Below are positions 31,080 to 39,830 of a DNA stretch of 64,000 nt, in pieces. Within the stretch, counting starts at the first letter, position 1. Each line of letters begins with the position of its first letter. Below the pieces are notes generated by a model. It had not been told where the DNA came from and searched no databases. It saw only the letters and a list, made by a program, of their open reading frames with translations. A program made the translations under genes and the position numbers. This DNA is from Gemmatimonadota bacterium (GTDB lineage Bacteria; Gemmatimonadota; Gemmatimonadetes; Gemmatimonadales; GWC2-71-9): contig JAZDCY010000016.1 of NCBI GenBank assembly GCA_036679645.1, positions 1-64,000 of the forward strand. Reading direction: 5' to 3'.

Positions 31080-31608
31080 GCAACCGCCGGAACAACGCTG
31101 CCTGAGTCGGGTGATCCCACTCGGTGGCCCCAATGATCTTCTTCACGATGACCCCGTCGCGATCTATGATGAAGCTTTCGGGAACACCGGTGGTTTGATA
31201 TAGCTGCTCGATATCACCCGTCCGGTCGTGCAGCACGGTGAACGTCAGTTCCCGTTCGTCGATCCACCCACGCACCTTGTCGGGGTCTCCCGTGTCGATG
31301 CTCACGGTTACCACCCGGAGCCCGTCGGGACCCAGTTCTTCGAATAGCCGTTGCATGGAAGGCATCTCCGCTTCGCACGGCGCGCACCACGTTGCCCAGA
31401 TATTGAGTAGGACCACCTCGCCCTTGAACGCGTCGATCCCAACGGTGTCACCGGTGACAACGTTCACCGCCTCGAAATCCGGTGCGTCGCTCCCGATCTC
31501 GACCCGGCGCAGGTCCGGTGAGAGCGCCACGGCTGCGAGCAGAGCAAAACCCATCATGCCCAGGATCACAGCGACCGCCACCCACTGCCCTCGATTAGTC
31601 ATGCTCAC
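31066..31608 (-). CDS. TlpA/ResA-family thiol-disulfide oxidoreductase
   Basis: NIWATWCAPC and GVPESFIID motifs. Confidence 0.9.
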   Translation of the reverse strand: MSMTNRGQWVAVAVILGMMGFALLAAVALSPDLRRVEIGSDAPDFEAVNVVTGDTVGIDAFKGEVVLLNIWATWCAPCEAEMPSMQRLFEELGPDGLRVVTVSIDTGDPDKVRGWIDERELTFTVLHDRTGDIEQLYQTTGVPESFIIDRDGVIVKKIIGATEWDHPTQAALFRRLLAGE

Positions 31609-32270
31609 ACCGTTACCGCACAGCGGCGTCGAAGTTCACTCATTGCCGCTGCCGGATCGTCCGCACCGAACACGGAAGATCCCGCGGCAAACGTATCTGC
31701 CCCCGCCCCAAAGGCATTGCCGATCGTGCCAGGCCCAATGCCACCGTCAACCGCGAGACGCGCGTCACGCTGGTGACGGTCGAGCATCGCGCGCGCGCGC
31801 GCAATCTTTGCCGTAGACGCGGGGAGGTACTGCTGTCCCGGATAGCCGGGATTGACGGTCATGATCAGCAGCAGGTCGAGGTCGTTCACCACTTCTTCGG
31901 CAACACCGAGCGGTGTCGATGGGTTCAGCGCGAGTCCGGCACGCATGCCTCGCTCGCGGACCGTCTGCAGGTGGCGCTGTACGTGACGCGTCGCCTCGGC
32001 ATGGAACGTGAAAACAGTCGCGCCGGCGTCGGCAAAGTCGTCGATGTGGCGTTCGGGCATATCCACCATGAGGTGCACATCGAGTGGCAGTTCGGTGGCA
32101 CGCCGGGCGACCGCAACCACGTTCGCACCGAAGGTGATGGGTGGCACGAACCGGCCATCCATCACGTCTATGTGAATCATGTCCGCGCCGCCCTCGGCCA
32201 CCCGGGTGATCTCATCGGTGAGACGACCCAGGTCGGCGCTGAGGATGCTGGCAGAGATCAACACGTTCAT
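31605..32270 (-). CDS. rpe: Ribulose-phosphate 3-epimerase
   Basis: SILSAD, HIDVMDG, MTVNPG and VDGG motifs. Confidence 0.95.
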   Translation of the reverse strand: MNVLISASILSADLGRLTDEITRVAEGGADMIHIDVMDGRFVPPITFGANVVAVARRATELPLDVHLMVDMPERHIDDFADAGATVFTFHAEATRHVQRHLQTVRERGMRAGLALNPSTPLGVAEEVVNDLDLLLIMTVNPGYPGQQYLPASTAKIARARAMLDRHQRDARLAVDGGIGPGTIGNAFGAGADTFAAGSSVFGADDPAAAMSELRRRCAVTV

Positions 32271-33178
32271 TGCGGGTTCCCAGAGGCCAGGATCACGTTT
32301 ACCAGCGTACCTGGAGCACTCAGTGTTCCGGCGGCTGGTTCCTGGAAGAATACCTGTCCCGGCTCGACCGCGTTACTGCGGCGGGCGTAGTTCGTCCCGA
32401 GTGCGAGCCCCGCTTCTTCGAGGGCCACGCGTGCCGAATCGAGCTCGAGCCCAATCAGAGACGGAACGCGGATCGTCGCGGTACCCACGCTCACCACGAG
32501 CGTGACCGCGGTGCCGGGCAACAGCGTTGTGCCCGCCGGAGGGCGTGTGTTGACCGCGACGTTTGCCGGGGTCGGCGCTTGCGCGGACTCGACGCGTCCA
32601 ACGACCAGTCCCGCCGCCTCCAGCAGCAGCCTGGCGTTATCGGCATCGTACCCGGCGATGTCGGGCACGGGAATGCGTTGCGGGCCCGCACTCACCGTGA
32701 GGCGCACCTCGGTGCCCTCGGGAACGACGACATCCGCGGGCGGGTCCTGCCAGACGACGTTGCCGTTGGCGATCTCGGGGTGCGTCATGCGATCGACCTC
32801 GGCCACCGAGAGCCCGAGGGCGCCCAGGGCTTCCCGTGCGGCCTCCCGTCCCATCCCGATCACCTGCGGCACGCTGCGGTTGGCAGCGAAGATCGGTGCC
32901 GGGAAAAGAAAGAAGACGGCGGTGAGGTACCCGCCGATGGCGGTTACCAGAAACACGCCCACGGCCAGCGTGGCGAACCGATGGCCCGCGAATCGGGGCA
33001 GCCAGCGGCGTCGGTCTGGCATGTACGGCGTCGCGTCATCTTGTGTGGTAGTGGGGGCGGGGACAGGGGCGGAGTCGCTGCGGTGCAGCCCCGCAAGCCA
33101 AGTGCGCGCCCGAGCGATCCCCTGTTGCCACGCGCGCGCGACTCGCCCACCGGAAGAGAAACGGCGGCGTATCCTCAT
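32267..33178 (-). CDS. Membrane protein with three PASTA domains
   Basis: TM helix followed by three VP..G...A...L...GL repeats. Confidence 0.85.
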   Translation of the reverse strand: MRIRRRFSSGGRVARAWQQGIARARTWLAGLHRSDSAPVPAPTTTQDDATPYMPDRRRWLPRFAGHRFATLAVGVFLVTAIGGYLTAVFFLFPAPIFAANRSVPQVIGMGREAAREALGALGLSVAEVDRMTHPEIANGNVVWQDPPADVVVPEGTEVRLTVSAGPQRIPVPDIAGYDADNARLLLEAAGLVVGRVESAQAPTPANVAVNTRPPAGTTLLPGTAVTLVVSVGTATIRVPSLIGLELDSARVALEEAGLALGTNYARRSNAVEPGQVFFQEPAAGTLSAPGTLVNVILASGNPQ

Positions 33179-34470
33179 GCGCGTCTCACGAGCCTGGTCC
33201 CAAACGCTCCATCGGTCTCGTCATCAGGCGGGAAGATACTGAGGTCGGGCCCCGCACGGGCAAAATCGGGGTGCCGCGACAGGAACTGCTCCACCTGGTC
33301 GCCGTTCTCCTCCGGCTCGAGCGAGCACGTCATGTAGATCAGATACCCGCCGGGCCGGACCACGTCCACGGCCCCGTCGAGCAGTGCCGACTGCTCGGCG
33401 GCCAGCCGAGTAATGGTCTGTGGCTCGAGGCGCCAGCGGGCGTCGGGATGGCGTGCGAAGGTTCCCGTGGCGCTGCACGGCGCGTCGAGGATGACCGCGT
33501 CCATCGACCCCGGTACTAGGGGCGGGGCGGTCGCGTCCGCGGCGGCCACGAGGACGGACGGTGCCGCCCGGCGCACGGTTTCGCTGAGTCGGGCGAGCCG
33601 GGCGCGGGACCGGTCGGTGGCCAGAACGCGTGCCCCCGCTGTGCGCGCGAGGACCGCCGCCTTCCCGCCGGGTGCCGCACAGGCGTCCCAAATCCGAACG
33701 TCGTCAGGCAGGTTCACGAACTGCGCGAGCAAAGCCTGGGCGGGGTCTTGGACAACAAACGCTCCGTCACGATATCCCGGGACTTGCTGCAGGCGTCCAC
33801 CGGCGAGAAAGAACCCTGGGAGCCCCGCACGGGTCGTATAGCGGATATCCGCTGCATCGAGCGCGTGGCGCAATTCGTCGGCCGACCAGCGCGCCGGCTG
33901 GAGCACGATGGGCGGTCGCCGATTGTTATGGACGAGCAGTGCCTGCGTGCGTTCCGGGCCGAATTGGGTGAGCCAGCGGTTCACCAGCCATTCCGGATGC
34001 GAATACTCATGGGCCAGAGACGGCGCGTCGTGTGCCGTTGGGGGGCGTATGCCAGATGTCGTGCGTTCGTCACCGGCCGTCTGCTTCTCCTGGGCAACCG
34101 CTCTCAGCACGGCGTTGACGAATCCGCCACCCTGCGCGCCGCGCAACGACTTTGCTAGTTCGACGGTACTGCTGACGGCCGCGTGCGGCGGCACGCGGGT
34201 GAGGTGGAGAAGCTGGTAGGCTCCCAGCCGGAGGAGGTCACGCAGGTCCTCGTGGACGCTCTGCCACCCGCGGGTCGCGAGCGGGGCGAGCACGGCGTCG
34301 AGTTGGGTGCGCGCGCGGAGCACGCCGGCGGCAATCTCGTGCGCCAGACGACGGTCGGGGTCTGCAAGGGCAGCGACGGCGTCGTCGCGCGCGGCATCGA
34401 ACGGCACCCCGCGCCGGACGGTGCGCAGAATCTCGTAGGCGGCGCGCCGCGCTGCAGTCCCGTCGCTAAT
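33175..34470 (-). CDS. rsmB: 16S rRNA m5C967 methyltransferase (start uncertain, possibly ATT)
   Basis: NusB-like N-domain (FVNAVLR); SHPEWL, DACAAPGGK, DAPCS and TCS motifs. Confidence 0.9.
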   Translation of the reverse strand: MSDGTAARRAAYEILRTVRRGVPFDAARDDAVAALADPDRRLAHEIAAGVLRARTQLDAVLAPLATRGWQSVHEDLRDLLRLGAYQLLHLTRVPPHAAVSSTVELAKSLRGAQGGGFVNAVLRAVAQEKQTAGDERTTSGIRPPTAHDAPSLAHEYSHPEWLVNRWLTQFGPERTQALLVHNNRRPPIVLQPARWSADELRHALDAADIRYTTRAGLPGFFLAGGRLQQVPGYRDGAFVVQDPAQALLAQFVNLPDDVRIWDACAAPGGKAAVLARTAGARVLATDRSRARLARLSETVRRAAPSVLVAAADATAPPLVPGSMDAVILDAPCSATGTFARHPDARWRLEPQTITRLAAEQSALLDGAVDVVRPGGYLIYMTCSLEPEENGDQVEQFLSRHPDFARAGPDLSIFPPDDETDGAFGTRLVRRA

Positions 34471-35257
34471 CCAGCATTCCTCCAGTTGGAGACGAGGGGA
34501 CCGCCACCTCGCGGCGGGGCATCCTTCCTGCGAGGAACGCGCGGCGGCCCGCATCGACCGCCTGACCCATCGCGCGGGCCATCTGCACCGGATCTGCCGC
34601 CTCGGCAATGGCCGTGTTCATGAGAATCCCATCTACACCCTGCTCCATCGTGACGCACGCGTCCGATGCGGTGCCCACTCCCGCATCGACGATGATTGGC
34701 ACGGAGAGCCGGTGTTTGATCGTGCGGATGCTGTACGGGTTCAAGAGACCCAATCCGCTGCCGATGGGTGAGGCGAGAGGCATCACCGCCGCCGCCCCCG
34801 TATCCTCGAGACGCAATGCCGTGATCAGGTCGTCGTTCGTATAGGCCATGACCTGAAAGCCTTCGGCGACGAGGGTGCGTGTTGCCGCGAGCAGTTCCTG
34901 CACGTCGGGGAGCAGCGTCTGTTGGTCGCCGATGACCTCGAGCTTGATGAACTCGTTGAATCCCGCCTCACGAGCGAGCCGGGCGTAGCGCACGGCATCA
35001 TCGCCGGAGTAGCACCCGGCAGTATTCGCCAGCAGGAAGTACGTATTGGGATCGACGTGGTGGAGGATCCCCTCATCGTTCGAGCGGTCGAGGTCGATAC
35101 GCCGAACGGCGACGGTGACGACGTCTGCCCCGGATGCCTCGAGCGCGCGTACCATCGTCTCGTTGTCTGCGTATTTTCCCGTACCGACGATCAGCCGGGA
35201 TCGGAACGTCCGACCGCCGACCACCAGAGAATCTGTTTCCGAAAGCGTTGCGGTCAC
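34466..35257 (-). CDS. thiG: Thiazole synthase
   Basis: SRLIVGTGKY, NTAGC, KLEVIGD, PIGSGLG and DAGVG motifs. Confidence 0.95.
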   Translation of the reverse strand: MTATLSETDSLVVGGRTFRSRLIVGTGKYADNETMVRALEASGADVVTVAVRRIDLDRSNDEGILHHVDPNTYFLLANTAGCYSGDDAVRYARLAREAGFNEFIKLEVIGDQQTLLPDVQELLAATRTLVAEGFQVMAYTNDDLITALRLEDTGAAAVMPLASPIGSGLGLLNPYSIRTIKHRLSVPIIVDAGVGTASDACVTMEQGVDGILMNTAIAEAADPVQMARAMGQAVDAGRRAFLAGRMPRREVAVPSSPTGGMLD

Positions 35258-35258
35258 G

Positions 35259-35471
35259 TTACCCACCTCCAACGAAATGCACGAGTTCGACGGAATCCCC
35301 TTCGCGTAACCGTGTTTCAGCAAACGCCGGGCGCCGCACGATCTCCCGGTTGTGTTCCACGACGACCGCACGAGGATCCACTTCAAAGCGCTCGAGTAGC
35401 TCGAGCAACGTGAGGTCCCGCGAGACACTTCGGGAGGTACCGTTAACTTCCACGGTGATCGCGTCTGTCAT
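35259..35471 (-). CDS. thiS: Sulfur carrier protein
   Basis: VNG start region; C-terminal ELVHFVGGG. Confidence 0.93.
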   Translation of the reverse strand: MTDAITVEVNGTSRSVSRDLTLLELLERFEVDPRAVVVEHNREIVRRPAFAETRLREGDSVELVHFVGGG

Positions 35472-35508
35472 TGCCGATGGTCTGTGTGCATCTGCAACCT
35501 CTGCGGTA

Positions 35509-36141
35509 CTATCTCGACTCATCTGTGGCTAAAGATAGCAGGAACCGCTCCGCCGCCGCAGCGGGATCCGGGGTGTCCCAGAGCCCCGTCACGGCGGCGA
35601 TGGCCCGGATGCCCGCCTCCCGGCACCGCGCCGCCCGTTCTGGCGTCACACCTCCGATCGCGACCACGCGATCGGCTGGCAGATCGGTCAGCGCGTCCAG
35701 GCCGAGAGGGGGACGATGTGGGTGAGATGGCGTCCCCCAGATGGGGCCGAGAAACACGTAATCCGCACCCCTGGCAAGGGCGGTGCGCGCCTCGTCGGGC
35801 GTATGAGTTGATTGGCCGACTGCGACCGAGTCCGCGGACAGTCGCCTCGCCGCCTGCAGCGGGAGCCCGTGCGCCGGAAGGTGGAGGCCGTCAGCGCCCG
35901 CAAGGCGGGCGATATCGGCTCGATCGTTGACGAAGAACGCGGTGTCGGTGGCGGCGGTGATGCGCCGCAGGTCGTCGGCAAGCTCGAGCAGGTGGTCCCC
36001 GGGAAGGGTCCCGCGAAGGTGGATGGCGACATCCGGGCCCGTCGCGAGTGCCGCGGCACGGTCGAGCAGGTCTGGGAGTTTGAGGATGCGGTCGTTGGTA
36101 ACGGCGTGGAGGAAAGGGGGTGGGGGGAGGAGACGGTTCAC
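35509..36141 (-). CDS. thiE: Thiamine phosphate synthase/TenI family protein
   Basis: VNDRAD, GLHL, STH, GPIWGTPSH and AIGG motifs. Confidence 0.8.
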   Translation of the reverse strand: MNRLLPPPPFLHAVTNDRILKLPDLLDRAAALATGPDVAIHLRGTLPGDHLLELADDLRRITAATDTAFFVNDRADIARLAGADGLHLPAHGLPLQAARRLSADSVAVGQSTHTPDEARTALARGADYVFLGPIWGTPSHPHRPPLGLDALTDLPADRVVAIGGVTPERAARCREAGIRAIAAVTGLWDTPDPAAAAERFLLSLATDESR

Positions 36142-37577
36142 GCGAACTGCGCGCCGCGGGCGGGACCGCTCCCGCGGAGCCACTCGGCTGCCGCCATGCG
36201 CGGTTTTCCCTCGGGTTGCACATCGAGCAACTGGAGCGCTCCGTCGCCCGTCGAGATGACGAAGGCGGGATCTGTTTCGATGATCTCACCGAGTGGCGAA
36301 GCGGGTGACGGGAAGCCCGCGGGCCGCGGGCCGAACATCTTGACGCGTTGTCCGTTGAGGGTGGTCCAGGCCCCGGGCTTGGGATCGAGACCCCGGATCA
36401 ACCGTGCTATGCGTACTGCCGGTGCTTCCCATCGGATACGTGCCATCTCCTGTGTGAGTTTGGGCGCGTATGTAGCCAACGCGGAGTCCTGCGTCTCTTC
36501 GGTCAGTGCATCTGCAGCCATGAGCGAGAGGGCCTCCACGAGGGCCAGGGCACCGAGCTCGGCGAGCCGCTCTTCAAGTTCTCCGGCAGTCTCATCGGTG
36601 GCGATGGGCGTTGGGACCTTGAGCAGCATGGGGCCCGTATCCATGCCCTCGTCGAGCCGCATGATGGTGACGCCCGTCTCCTCCAGTCCCTCGATGACCG
36701 CGTGCCGAATGGGCGCCGCACCGCGGAGCGCGGGGAGCAACGACGCATGGACATTGACCAGTCCCCGGCTGGGAACCGCAAGCATTTCCGCCTTGAGGAT
36801 GTGCCCGTACGCGACGACGACGCCAACATCCGGCGCGAGCTTGCGCAGTCCGTCGAGCAGTTCGGGAGTGTTGGGCGACTCGGGCTGAAGTACCGGGACG
36901 CCCTCGCTCTGCGCGACGAGCTTCACGGGAGGTGCGTGGAGCGCCGAACGCGAACGGCCGCGCGGTCGGTCGGGTTGCGTGACGACCGCCACAACGTCGA
37001 ACGCTTCGCCCAACAGGGCGCGCAGCGACGGGACGGCAAAATTGGGCCGGACCGGCGTCGGGTTCACCTCCTTGATGTAGCCGGTCTTCCCTTTCCGCAT
37101 CTTCTTCCATTTCGCCTGCAACATCTTGCGCTTCAGCGGACTCAGGTGGTCGAGGAAGAGGATCCCGTCGAGATGGTCTATCTCATGTAGGATGGCGCGG
37201 GCGCGGAGAGCGTTGGCCTCGACGCGCACGCGCTCCCCCTCGAGCGACGTCGTCTCAATGACGATTCGTGTTGCCCGAACGACATCCCCGTAGATTTCGG
37301 GAATGGAGAGACATCCCTCTTCGCTCTTGTCCTGTCCCTCTTGCTCGATGATCTCCGGATTGATCAACACGACGGCTCCGTCCTCACCCGTGTCCACGAC
37401 GGCCACGCGGCGGGTCTCACCGATCTGATTGGCTGCCAACCCGACACCCTGTTCGTCGCGCATCGTATCGAACAGGTCGGTGACCAGTTGCCGAACCGCG
37501 CCGTCCACCTCGGTGACCTCGGTCGCGCGCTGGCGCAGTACCGGCGAGCCGAGTAGGTGGAGGCTACGCAGGCTCAC
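36138..37577 (-). CDS. Peptide deformylase fused in frame to methionyl-tRNA formyltransferase (def-fmt)
   Basis: Def motifs GVGLAANQ, EGCLS and HEIDH, followed with no stop by Fmt motifs FAVPSL, TQPDRP and NVHASLLP..RGAAPI. Confidence 0.85.
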   Translation of the reverse strand: MSLRSLHLLGSPVLRQRATEVTEVDGAVRQLVTDLFDTMRDEQGVGLAANQIGETRRVAVVDTGEDGAVVLINPEIIEQEGQDKSEEGCLSIPEIYGDVVRATRIVIETTSLEGERVRVEANALRARAILHEIDHLDGILFLDHLSPLKRKMLQAKWKKMRKGKTGYIKEVNPTPVRPNFAVPSLRALLGEAFDVVAVVTQPDRPRGRSRSALHAPPVKLVAQSEGVPVLQPESPNTPELLDGLRKLAPDVGVVVAYGHILKAEMLAVPSRGLVNVHASLLPALRGAAPIRHAVIEGLEETGVTIMRLDEGMDTGPMLLKVPTPIATDETAGELEERLAELGALALVEALSLMAADALTEETQDSALATYAPKLTQEMARIRWEAPAVRIARLIRGLDPKPGAWTTLNGQRVKMFGPRPAGFPSPASPLGEIIETDPAFVISTGDGALQLLDVQPEGKPRMAAAEWLRGSGPARGAQFA

Positions 37578-37912
37578 GACCGCTTCTTCTCGTCACCCGT
37601 TCCCGGTGTGAGCACCTCGGCGACGCGCCCGCGCTGAATCACGAGCCGCGATTCGCCGCTCTTTATCGTGAGCTCGTCGTCTTTCACCTTGATGACCTCA
37701 CCCACGATGCCCCCGTTCGTGACGACGCGGTCGCCCCGTGAGATCTCCGCAAGGCGGGCCCGGTGCCGTTTCTCCTGCTGCGAACGGGGGCGGATCAGCA
37801 GGAAATAGATGATGCCGATGAAGGCCGCCATCTGAAACAGAAAGATGCCGAACCCAGGGCCGCCGGCCCCGCCGGACGGGGCGAACAGCAAAAACAGGGT
37901 GCTCAGGTTCAC
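37574..37912 (-). CDS. yajC: Preprotein translocase subunit
   Basis: YFLLIRP and GDRVVTNGGIVG motifs; follows tgt. Confidence 0.92.
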   Translation of the reverse strand: MNLSTLFLLFAPSGGAGGPGFGIFLFQMAAFIGIIYFLLIRPRSQQEKRHRARLAEISRGDRVVTNGGIVGEVIKVKDDELTIKSGESRLVIQRGRVAEVLTPGTGDEKKRS

Positions 37913-39042
37913 GCGTCGCTCCGGGTGTTGTACCGGGCCAGCCAGTCGCGCCGCCACGTCTCGAACGTTCCGTCGAGGACGCGGGCACGCGATGTCTCGC
38001 CCAGGCGAATCAAGAACCGCACGTTGTGCAGCGAAAGCAGTCGGAGTCCCAGCAACTCATCGGCGACGAACAGGTGTCGCAGGTATCCGCGACTGTACGT
38101 GGTGCATGTTTCACAGTCGCAACCGGCATCGATTGGTGTCTCATCGCGCCGGAAAGCCGCGTTGCGCACGTTGAGACGGCCATCGGCCGTGAACGCCGAG
38201 CCGTTGCGCCCGTTCCTCGTGGGTGCAACGCTATCGAATAGATCTACGCCACGGGCCACCGCTTCGAGCAGGTCTTCCGGAAAACCGACCCCCATAAGAT
38301 AACGTGGGATGCCATGGGGCAATGCGGGGCACAATGTTTCGAGAATGGCGTACATCGCCGCACGCTCCTCTCCCACCGCGAGCCCGCCGATCGCGAGGCC
38401 GGACCAGGCGCGCATGCCCGTGATCGCTTCGAGCGCCCGGTCACGGAGATCGGGGAAGATCGCCCCCTGAACGATGGGCCAGAGGGTCTGCCGCTCGGGC
38501 GTAGCATTGGCCAACTCGGCGTGCCGTGCCGCGCACCGTTTCAGCCATCGCGTTGTGCGCGTGAGTGCCTCCTCGGCCTCCGGCCGCGTGGCCGTTCCGG
38601 GGACGACGTGGTCGAGCGCCATGGCGACGTCGCTGCCCAGGGCCCACTGGATTTCGACAGCGCGCTCTGGCGTGACCATGCGTCTGGCACCATCGACGTG
38701 TGACTGGAACTCGACGCCCTCGTCGGTCACGCGGCGCGAGCCGTCAAGTGAAAATACCTGAAACCCGCCCGAGTCGGTGAGGATGGGTCCGTCCCACGCC
38801 ATGAACCGGTGTAGCCCGCCCAGCGCGGCGATGGTCTCTTCACCCGGACGGACGTGCAGGTGATACGTGTTCGCCAGCACCACCTGCGTTCCAACGGCCG
38901 TGAGATCGAAGGGCGAGAGCGTTCGTACGGTCGCCTGTGTCCCGACCGGCATGAACGCCGGTGTCAGTACTGATCCGTGCGGGAGCGAGAGCGTCCCGGC
39001 GCGGGCCGCGCCGCAGGTGGCGTCGATCTGGAACTCGAACAT
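37909..39042 (-). CDS. tgt: tRNA-guanine transglycosylase
   Basis: TPAFMPVGT, NTYHL, TDSGGFQ, YLMGVG and CDCETC motifs; ATG at 39042. Confidence 0.95.
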   Translation of the reverse strand: MFEFQIDATCGAARAGTLSLPHGSVLTPAFMPVGTQATVRTLSPFDLTAVGTQVVLANTYHLHVRPGEETIAALGGLHRFMAWDGPILTDSGGFQVFSLDGSRRVTDEGVEFQSHVDGARRMVTPERAVEIQWALGSDVAMALDHVVPGTATRPEAEEALTRTTRWLKRCAARHAELANATPERQTLWPIVQGAIFPDLRDRALEAITGMRAWSGLAIGGLAVGEERAAMYAILETLCPALPHGIPRYLMGVGFPEDLLEAVARGVDLFDSVAPTRNGRNGSAFTADGRLNVRNAAFRRDETPIDAGCDCETCTTYSRGYLRHLFVADELLGLRLLSLHNVRFLIRLGETSRARVLDGTFETWRRDWLARYNTRSDA

Positions 39043-39043
39043 G

Positions 39044-39100
39044 TCACACGATAGCCATCGCGTCGCCGTAGTTGTAGAGGCGATATCGCTGAGCGACCGC
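39044..39100 (-). repeat. Duplicated 3' end of queA (left island boundary, att-like)
   Basis: 39044-39094 matches 54842-54892 at 50/51 nt; the match extends to 57 nt with 3 mismatches. Confidence 0.92.
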
Positions 39101-39119
39101 CATGACCGCCCAACCTGCG

Positions 39120-39342
39120 GTTTCAATCCACGCCCGCGCGCGAGCGGGCGACCTGGGTCTTCGCGTGTGTCTACACGCTGATGTTTCAATCCACGCCCGC
39201 GCGCGAGCGGGCGACCTCGACATTCTGAGCAACGCACTAACGACGTTTCAATCCACGCCCGCGCGCGAGCGGGCGACTCGGACATGGCGCGCGTCGTCGA
39301 TGTCCTCGCGTTTCAATCCACGCCCGCGCGCGAGCGGGCGAC
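39120..39342 (-). CRISPR. Type I-C CRISPR array: 4 identical 33-nt repeats, 3 spacers (30, 29 and 32 nt)
   Basis: Repeat (minus strand) GTCGCCCGCTCGCGCGCGGGCGTGGATTGAAAC, with plus-strand starts at 39120, 39183, 39245 and 39310. Confidence 0.97.
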
Positions 39343-39524
39343 TGACTACTGCTAACTCTTTGTAGTTGAATGGCTTCAAAAGCCGGTCGCGCGAACCGGC
39401 TCCGGGTGAGCAAGGTTGGGCTACTATCGGCGCGAGTGCAAACGGTCAAGCAGTTGTCAAAGAGCGCGTTAGCCGTGGTCGCGAACCCCAGGCGAAAGAT
39501 GCACCAGCTAGAGGTTCGCGGCTA
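39343..39524 (-). promoter_or_regulatory. CRISPR leader
   Basis: Lies between cas2 and the first repeat; has CGCGAACC...GGTTCGCG inverted motifs of the kind seen in I-C leaders. Confidence 0.75.
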
Positions 39525-39815
39525 TCAAATAATCAGCGGTCCCTCCAGATCGACGCTCGGCTTCGCGCCGTGATGCTCCACCCGATGACGCCAATTCCTT
39601 CCCAGGAAGTAGAACCGCAGGCTGTCTTCCTCAGGTCGATAGAGATCGAGCAGACGCAGTTTGAACTGCGCCCACTGTGTCGGGTCGAGCTGGCACTCGA
39701 ATACCGAGTTCTGCACCCGTTGGCCAAAGCCGACGCAGGTCTTCGCGACGTGCCTGAGGCGTTTGCGGCCCTCCCGGGTTGTCGTCGCTACGTCGTACGT
39801 CACCAAGACAAACAC
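39525..39815 (-). CDS. cas2: CRISPR-associated endoribonuclease Cas2
   Basis: [17 protein letters not shown] and DSLRFY motifs. Confidence 0.96.
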   Translation of the reverse strand: MFVLVTYDVATTTREGRKRLRHVAKTCVGFGQRVQNSVFECQLDPTQWAQFKLRLLDLYRPEEDSLRFYFLGRNWRHRVEHHGAKPSVDLEGPLII

Positions 39816-39830
39816 AATGGCGTCCTCCGG

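Noticed and set aside
39070..39097. GTCGC...AAC in the queA remnant as a degenerate terminal CRISPR repeat
   Set aside because: Similarity is limited to a few bases and is explained by queA coding sequence.
39043..39285. ORF-track N-terminal extension of tgt through the array
   Set aside because: It is a translation of CRISPR repeats; Tgt homology starts at ATG 39042.
39108..39421. 9-bp inverted repeat GCCCAACCT/AGGTTGGGC flanking the array
   Set aside because: Too short to distinguish from chance in GC-rich DNA.
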